Assembly: GCF_001194135.2 (NCBI RefSeq)
Contig: NC_068982.1
Span: forward strand, 175,662,577-175,719,536
From: Octopus bimaculoides
Taxonomy: Eukaryota
Reading direction: 5' to 3'
Length of the DNA stretch: 56,960 nt
Below are positions 48,475 to 56,960 of this stretch, piece by piece. How positions within the stretch are numbered: the first letter of the stretch is position 1; each line of letters starts with the position of its first letter. The notes under the pieces are model-generated. The model worked only from the letters and a program-made list of their open reading frames with translations, was not told the origin of the DNA and did no database searches. A program made the position numbers and the translations under genes.

Positions 48475-50146
48475 GAACTAAATCCTCTTGGAATGTTTTT
48501 TATAGTAAACCGGTGCCCTATCCAGAGTGACTCTCATCAAAGCACCAGCCCTCAAAAGATACTTAGGTTTAAGAAACATTTGCATTGCTGATTTATAACT
48601 TAGGTACAAGGCCAAATATTTGTAGGAATTAATGTAATCAATTTAATTAACCTGTGTAGCAGACAAATACTTATTTTATAGATCTTACAAGGATGACAGG
48701 CATAGGTAACCTTGGCAGGATTTGAACTCAAAATGCTCAGCATTTTGTTTGATACTACTGATTCTATGATCCACTGCCCCATTTCATGCTTCTTTTGATT
48801 GGATTGACTCTAAAACATGACTATTATTTTTTTTGTTCTCACCGGAGTTCACCAGCATTTGAAGTCATAATGTACAGGGACAGGATTAAATACAATACTG
48901 AATGACATTCGATCTGGTGCTCCACTGACATTTGTGATATTAATTAGATTCATATCTTTACTTATTCAATTAATGTTAGCTTGGTTATAAATATCCTCAT
49001 ACAGACAAACACAGACAGTAACATACACATAAATCAACTTCGGTTCTCATATAAGAAACGAAGTAAACAGATATCTTATCTCAATACTAACTTTAGCAGT
49101 TTTTGGCAGTGACCTTTGTTAGTAACTTTCAACCCATGGCTCTTTAAAAACATAAAGTAAAAAAAAAAAAGGAAAGGAAAAGAAAAGACAAACCACCCTC
49201 TATCTGTAATATTTGTAAATTCCTATTTTTAAGTTACTACTTCATGAAACTTGCTATTCATTTTTCCTACTTCTAATCTAAAATACACTTGTAGATTAAG
49301 TTAAATGAAACCTATTTAGGATTTTAAATAGCAATGGGTTGATAAACTGAGAATATTCTGATTATCATTGCCATTTGAACAAACATTATTTGGTTTTAAT
49401 AAACAGTAATCTTCAGTCATTTTGTACAACAGAATCAGATTCAAATAAGATTTTTGTAGATTTATTTCACAAGCTGGTTATTAACAATTCACTTTCGGTT
49501 TATGTTTTTCATTTACATTCTTAAAGTTAATTCCCAAGTTCATATAATATTGCATGATATTAGGAAATTTTATGACTTTTCCACATTAACAAAGGTTGAA
49601 TAAGTGCGAAATGCAGCAATTTGCCATACAACTTGATACTAACGTGCCATCTCATCCGTGAGATTCTATGTTCTAACTTCTTATCTAAACAATTTATCTC
49701 AATTAGTCTTCAACCTATTTCTGTTGCAGTTATATACCAATACCACTGCACTGCAAAAATTTCTCCTCCCAATCAAACATTCATCATCTGATCTAATCAT
49801 ATTACATGTTCACATAAATAATAATTTTTTTTTTATTGGTCACAGAGATTCATATGCATAATACAAAATGTATTATGTAAGCACATTTGTGTGTGCGCAC
49901 ACATGTGAGTGTGTGTGAACATTTGGGTTTGTTTATATGTCAAATTATACATAAAAGCAATTTAACATTAAACTAAAGGACTGCTTAATACTTTTTAGTA
50001 GAATATATATTTATTAACTTTCATAAGAAAATGGCTGATAGTGACTTCGAAGTTTTGGCTTGCTCGGCTTCATAGAATGCCTAATAAAAACATACAAGTT
50101 GAAACTTCAAAGTCACTGTCAACTTATTTGTTGACAGTTAATATAT

Positions 50147-50445
50147 ATCATCATCATCATCATCATCGTTTAATGTCAGCTTTCCATGCTAGCATGGGTT
50201 GGACGATTTGAATGAAGACTGGTGAACCAGATGGCTACACCAGGCTCCAATCTGATTTGGCAGAGTTTCTACAGCTGGATGCCCTTCCTAACGCCAGTAC
50301 TCAACTGGCACTTAATTCATTGACCCCGAAAGGACAAAAGGAAAAGTCGACCTCGGCAGAATGTGAACTCGGAACCTCGTGGCAAACGAAATACTGCTAA
50401 GCATTTCACCTGGCATGTTAACAATTCTGCCAGCTCGCTGCCTTA
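50147..50445 (-). mobile_element. Chimera: family 3 SINE head and core fused to an RTE 3' tail
   Basis: Minus strand reads CCAGTTGAGTAC-TGG-CGTTAGGAAGGGCATCC. The junction is at 50294-96. Confidence 0.75.
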
Positions 50446-50479
<34 letters not shown>

Positions 50480-50826
50480 CAATAATAATAACAATAATGG
50501 TTTATAATTTAGGTACAAGACCAGCAATTTTGGAAGGGAGATAAGTTGATATCATCATGCCCCTGCATCCCCAAGTACTTGACTGGAACTTTATTTTATC
50601 AATCCCAAAGAGAAGAAAGGCAAAACTGACTTCACCAAGGTTTGAACTCAGAATGCAAAGACCTCTAACAAATGCTCAACAGACATTTTTCTCAATGTGC
50701 TAATGATTCTGCCACCTCACTATCCTATGATATTAATGGTTTCAAATTTTGGTGCAAGACCATGCAATTTCAACAGAAGTGGGCAAATTGATTACATTAA
50801 CCCTAGTATCTTTGATATTTTACATG

Positions 50827-51190
50827 TTTCAGTCATTAGACTGTGGTCAGAGCAACACCTTGAGGAATTTTAGTTGAATGAATTGAACCCAGTACTTATG
50901 ATCCATTTTTTTAAACCTGGGATTTATTCTATCAATCTCTTTACTGAACTGCTAAGTTACAGGGATGTAAACACCAATACCAGTTGTCGAGTAGTGGTGG
51001 GGGACAAAGACAGACACAAAGACACACACACACACCAGGCTTTAAGTTCCTGTCTATCGAATCCACTCACATGGATTTGGTTGGCCCAGAACTATAATAG
51101 ATGTTGCTCAAGGTGCCATGCAGTGAAACTGAACCCAGAACCATGTGGTTAGGAAGCAAACTTCTAACTACTCAGCCATGCCTGCACCTA
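50827..51190 (-). mobile_element. Family 2 SINE (diverged)
   Basis: Collinear with 20385-20790. Confidence 0.75.
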
Positions 51191-54100
51191 TACTTGACTG
51201 GTGTTTTATTTTACTGACCCCAAAAGGCCAAAAGACAAAGTTAACCTGAGATTTGAACTTAATATGTAAAGAGCAAGAACATATATCACAAGGCATTTTT
51301 TTTCTGACACTTGAAAGATTGTATCAATCCATTGCCACACTACTGTTTCTGCTGCTGATGATGATCACAGTGGTGATGGTGGTGGTGGTACTGCTGCTAC
51401 TACTTGTGACAATGAATAAAAACTATTATTTATATCTGGGCACCTTAGTAGCATGTTCTGACCATTTGCATGTACACACACACACAATCACAGATTAAAG
51501 TTTTTGATGCAGTATCACATGGCATATTGCAATAAAAATTATATCCCAGAGAATGGAGAAAAGAAAGAAAAAAACAAATATTAGAGAAATTACATCTAAT
51601 GCAAGTGTTTGAACAACAACTGCAGACATGCTTCATTAATATAAGACTTATGGTGAAAGAGGAGGAGAAAAAGATGCATGGCATGTTAACAAATATGCAT
51701 CAACTGCAACATATAATAGCACAGACTGTAGCTATAATTACTTTGTAAACAACAAAGAAATGAAGTAGTAAATAAACTAACTCTTGGCAAAATTACAGAC
51801 AGATATATGTATGTCTGTATTTTATGATTATACAATGTTATGCAATGTGATGATGAGTGGGAGTGAGCAGCAAAAGTGCAGCTGATATTTAATACATCAG
51901 CTGGTGTATGCAGAAAGGATTACTGTGTTGTTAAGGACATGTGACGCAAATAGACAATGAGTGCTAGGTAAAGTGGAAACATGCAATATGCCGACAGTGG
52001 GCGGTTCATGTAACAAACAGTAGGAGCAGAAAACCAAACGAAAACCAGAGATGTCATGTGGGCAGTTCTCAGGATGTTGACACTGTAGATTTACACAATA
52101 TAGAAAAATGGAAATTAAAACAAATTTGATAACAATGATTATAGTGTGTGTGTCTGTGTGTGTGTGTACACTTGCGAAAAGTACTAATAGTAAGTATACA
52201 AAGCTGAGGCTCCACTCCAGTTTTTGAGTTTCCTATTTCCAGGAAGTGTGTTTATGAGTGTGCATGCAAACATGTATGTGTGCACACATGCGTGTGAGTG
52301 CATACAAGCGTATGTGCATGTGCATGTGTGAGGGGGTGGTGTTCATATGTAACATACAGAAAATTACATATATGAACCACATTTTCATTCAATTGGCATT
52401 CTGGTTGCCTGTATGCATGAGTAAATTGGTTAAAAATAACTAGTAATGTTTTAAATTGTATTTGCCGGTGTCAGTTGCTATTCATTATGCATCAGGAAGG
52501 TCTGTTTTGAAGTTGACAGACTTTTCATATGCATGATAAATAACAATTGATGTCAAACCCCATGATTATTTGAAAGTGTAGGAAACACAATTTAAATCAT
52601 AATTAGTCTCACTTCTTCTCATTCACTGATCCATTAAATGAATCATAGTTTGGATAAAATAATCTTTTCTGACGTGCATATGAATAAATATACATCTGAC
52701 TATATATACATATACAGTGTACCCAATGCAACTATGGATGCATAAGAGATGTGAAATCACAGACAAGCTGACAGAGAAAGAAGACTTTCTGCATAGAAGA
52801 TGCACAGAAGTGGCTAGCTGTTAGAAACCCCATGAAATAAATTCTTTCAAATGCTCAGAACAATCCATGCAAGTAGTTGTCTTCTCAAAATAAGATTATC
52901 AAATTAGTAGTATAAATGGCTGCTCTGAAAGTATAATAACCAGAGTAAGAAGCTGTTACTTCCACTAATATTAGATTTTCTTTCTGAGTGAAGGGCAGAT
53001 TTTATGATGTCTGTGTACAAACTGATATTTCCTGATAGTAAAACATGGGCACTTTATCTTCTTCATCATCATCATATATAAATAAACATTTGCTTTTATG
53101 TGAAGTTATGCATAAAAACAATTTAACACTAAATTTAAGGATTACTCAATACTTTTCAAACATTTTCTTGGAAAACATTTGCACTCATGTGTGTGAGTGC
53201 ATGTGTCAGTATGTATGTATAAATATCACTGAGTCCTTAAGCTGTCCTGAACAGGCTAAAATGACAAGGGAAACAAGATACTCTATTGTTGCTTAACCAC
53301 AGGTCAGCAGTGACAACTCTGTCTTTTATTTTCAGGCAGAGTATACCAAAGATTATAGTCTTTAATGTGTGTCCCCCGCCCCGCCTTTTTTTTTTTGCAA
53401 AAACAGTAGAGTGGGATTTGAAAGAAGTTTGAATGCAAATCAAGCAACTGTATATAGATGCTCCTTTGTTGGCTTAATTACTTTATGTTGGTTTCTTTGA
53501 CTAAGTATGCAATGGTGACCAGGACATGAATGAGCTAAGGTAACTGAATAATGACAGTGAGTTTACAATTTTATCAGATGTATAAGCATTTGTGGAGTTT
53601 CTTGAATACAAACCAAAATTTGTATTAAAAAAACCAACAAAAAAGAATGAAATAAATATCTCCTAAGAACTGAAAGGGCCTTGGAGAACTAGTGATTAAC
53701 TTCACCTTTATAGTATAATGTAAGCAAAGGATAAACCTTACTCTGTATAAGATGTAAGTTTTACTGCAGGAAATAGTCCCAAATTGTTTGGAACATATTT
53801 TAACAGCTAAATAAACTGAGGTAATGTAGACTAAAAGACCCTTCTTACAAACACAACAGAACTATTGTAGTGATAAACCACAAATAAGAAGCCTAGTACT
53901 TCAACCTATTTGACCTCAAAAATAGTGTATGTATCCCAGTTATAGGAGAGGTACATCATATCCAGCAAGTTGTATTTTTGTTGACTGCAGAAGGATGGAA
54001 AGCTAAGTCCATCATGGAAGTTCTGAATTCAGAATGTAAAAGTACACAAATACTACAAGACATTTAATCCATTATTATATTGATTCTACAAAATATTATA

Positions 54101-54202
54101 AGATTACAATTTCAACTATTTTTGAAGGAGTGGTACTAGATTAAACTGATGCCAGTACTTGAGGCTTGGAAACATTATTATCATTATTATTTCTAGGAGA
54201 GT

Positions 54203-54587
54203 GGAGGCGCAATGGCACAGTGGTTAGGGCAGCGAATTCGCAGTCATAGGATCGCAGTTTCAATTCCCAGACCGGGCGTTGCGTGTGTTTATTGAGCGAA
54301 AACACCTAAAGCTCCTCGAGGCTCCAGCAGGGGGTGGTGGCGAACCCTGCTGTACTCTTCCACCACAACTTTCTCTCACTCTTACTTCCTGTTTCTGTTG
54401 TGCCTGTAATTCAAAGGGTCAGCCTTGTCACACTGTGTCATGCTGAATATCCCGAGAACTACGTTAAGGGTACACGTGTCTGTGGAGTGCTCAGCCACTT
54501 GCACGTTAATTTCACGAGCAGGCTGTTCCGTCGTTGATCGGATCAACTGGAACCCTCGACGTCGTAAGCGACGGAGTGCCAACAACA
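54203..54587 (+). mobile_element. tRNA-derived SINE (family 1) with probable TSD
   Basis: Full-length copy. Flanks TATTTCTAGGAGA (54188-200) and TATTTCTGGAGA (54588-99). Confidence 0.9.
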
Positions 54588-54596
54588 TATTTCTGG

Positions 54597-54770
54597 AGAA
54601 ATGCTTAGTGGTATTTCGTCTGTCTTTATGTTCTGGGTTCATATTCTGTCAAGGTTAACTTTGCTTTCATCCTTTCAGGGTCAATAGATTAAGTACCGGT
54701 GAAACACTGGGGTCGATGTAATCGACTAGTACCCTCCCACAAAATGTCATGCTTTGTACCTTCAGTAGAA
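54597..54770 (+). mobile_element. Headless family 3 SINE
   Basis: AAATGCTTAGTGGTATTTCGTCTG... core and tail. Confidence 0.7.
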
Positions 54771-55489
54771 AGCATTATTATTATTATTAATATTACTGTT
54801 GTTGTTGTTGCTAAATCGCATAATTGTTTGTCCACAATCAAAGTAACACATGCAGAGAAATCAAAATCACCATTTCTGACTGGCTGATTATGCGAACTGA
54901 TCAGAGCAATTTATGGCATGCAGTAAAAATAAAAGAAAAACAACAAAAACAAATGCATACACCCCTGCTTTCCATGGTGAATGGGATTTATCAGGGTCAC
55001 TGTCTGTAAAGTCAACTCAGCATCTTACATATAGTTTCCTGAACCACAGGCTGTTTATCTGGATGCCATCTAATACACATTACAAGTGTATTCAAAACCC
55101 CACATAGAAGATTGGAAAAGTTTGTCTAGAAATCTCCCCCTAACACTCGACTTCCTATGGCTCTTATACAGAAAGGCACTGCACTCAAGCACTGCCTGGG
55201 CTACATGTGTTTATACATCAGTCTATGCTTACATTTGCTGATGAAACCATGTGTTTCTATTTCCTGTAAACATCATAATACTACTTTATGCTATATTACA
55301 TATGGATTAGTGTCATTCTTTTAATATATACACACATGTGTGTGGATGTGTGTGTGTATAAATAAAATACATACACACACACACACACATAAATATACAT
55401 ACATATACAGATATATACATATAGATGATGATATATACATACACATACAAATATATATTCATACACACAGATGCATATTCACACACAAA

Positions 55490-55755
55490 GTATATATAGG
55501 TTCTGCACAGCAGGTTCAGTCCCACAGCTTGGGCACGTGTCTTCTACTATAGCCCTAGGCTGACAGATGTCTTGTGAGTGAATTTATTTGATGGGAACTG
55601 TGTGAAAGCTTGTCAAAGGTCTTTGTGTCTGTAACATTAGTTGCCTGACCAGAAAGACTGATACAATATGTACCAGAGTTAAAAAGAATATAAAACTTTC
55701 ATAGGTGGTGTCCTAGCATGGATGCAGTCCAATAACTAAAACACATGAAAAAGAT
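55490..55755 (+). mobile_element. Family 2 SINE (diverged)
   Basis: GGTTCAGTCCC...TTGGGCACGTGTCTTCTACTATAGCC...TAAAACACATGAAAAGA. Confidence 0.6.
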
Positions 55756-55759
55756 ACAT

Positions 55760-56010
55760 GTATTCTTTTCTACTCTAGGCACAAGGCCCGAAATTTGGGG
55801 AGAGGGGGCCAGTTGATTAGATTGACCCTAATACACAACTGGTACTTAATTTATTGACCCTGAAAGGATGAAAGGCAAAGTCGACTTCAGCAGAATTTGA
55901 ACTCAAAACACAAAGACATGAAATACCGTTAAGCATTTCGCCTGGCCTGCTAAGGTCTCTGCCAGCTCACAGCCTGGTGTGCTAAGGTTTCTGCCAGCTC
56001 ACCACCACCT
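55760..56010 (-). mobile_element. Family 3 SINE with duplicated head segment
   Basis: TGCTAAGGT(C/T)TCTGCCAGCTCAC occurs twice in tandem near 55945-56005. Confidence 0.8.
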
Positions 56011-56057
56011 TATAGATACATATATTATTTGCTATTTACTCCAAATTCAGTATCATC

Positions 56058-56235
56058 CTTATCATCACTATTTAAAGTCTGTTTTCCATGCTGGCATGGG
56101 TTGGACAGTTTGACAGGAGCTGGAAAACCAGAGGGCTGGATCAGACACCAGTTGTCTGTTTTGGCAAGGTTTCTATGGCTGGATGTCCTTCCTAATGCCA
56201 ATCACTTTATAAAGTGTATGGGTGCTCTTTTAAGT
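56058..56235 (-). mobile_element. RTE 3'-end fragment
   Basis: Tail homology. Confidence 0.7.
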
Positions 56236-56539
56236 GACACACACATATTCATACACACTTGCCCCCATTCACACACCTTTCTCATATACACATGAGCTTG
56301 TGCATCAGTGTTCAGCTGGGTCAGCATTATTATCTCCCTTACACTCAGCCCCTTTCTCCTGGTCATTTCATCCAAGTTAAACCACTAATCCCCATGCATT
56401 TTTTTCCCTCTCCATCTTTTTACTCTCATTGCTATCTATTGAAGGGCGTCGTCTTGAAACATCAAAGAATTTTCCAATCTTCCTCACCATCAAACTTATA
56501 CAGCTGATAGTTGTTCCCTCAACTGTCTTAAGCATATAA

Positions 56540-56960
56540 ATAAATACATACATAAATAAATACATATATAAATAAATACATGCATAAATAAATACATATA
56601 TAAATAAATATATACATAAATAAATATATACATAAATGTATATATATATACATAAATGTATATATATATATATACATATATACATAAATGTATATATATA
56701 TATACATATACACATAAATGTATATATATATATACATATACACATAAATGTATATATATATATATATATATACATATACATAAATGTATATATATATATA
56801 TATACATATATATAAATGTATATATATATACATATATACATATATATAAATGTATATATATATATATATACATATATATAAATGTATATATATATATACA
56901 TACATATATATAAATGTATATATATATATATATACATATATATAAATGTATATATATATA
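56540..56960. repeat. Compound AT-rich satellite running off the window end
   Basis: Recurrent TACATAAATGTA(TA)n units. Confidence 0.9.

Noticed and set aside
56425-56470. CTATTGA-AGGGCGTCGTCTT-GAAA-CATC hammerhead-like string
   Set aside because: Two core mismatches and no helix I.
56377-56937. 186-aa YI-rich ORF and similar HT/CV/YI ORFs throughout
   Set aside because: Translations of microsatellites.

Overview
AT-rich, repeat-dense eukaryotic DNA, mostly intronic or intergenic, with two assembly gaps. The repeat set suggests an Octopus genome (inference, not a database result): RTE LINE 3' ends with (GAT)n tails, several tRNA-derived SINE families and abundant (TA)n/(CA)n. No complete protein-coding gene is supported. 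The ORF track is almost entirely microsatellite, SINE or LINE artefact. One well-formed 44-nt minus-strand exon candidate (40573-40616) hints at a large host gene. Other elements: degenerate RTE reverse-transcriptase fragments, an R4/Dong-like restriction-like-endonuclease fragment flanked by TAA repeats, piggyBac-like MITEs and several foldback palindromes. The most notable hidden signal is a set of type I hammerhead ribozyme motifs, most with a palindromic or near-palindromic helix III, typical of Penelope-like elements and retrozymes. One has a complete core (37012-37131, +), one is near-intact (19345-19392, -) and about four are decayed relics. All structures were derived by eye and none has been folded computationally or tested.
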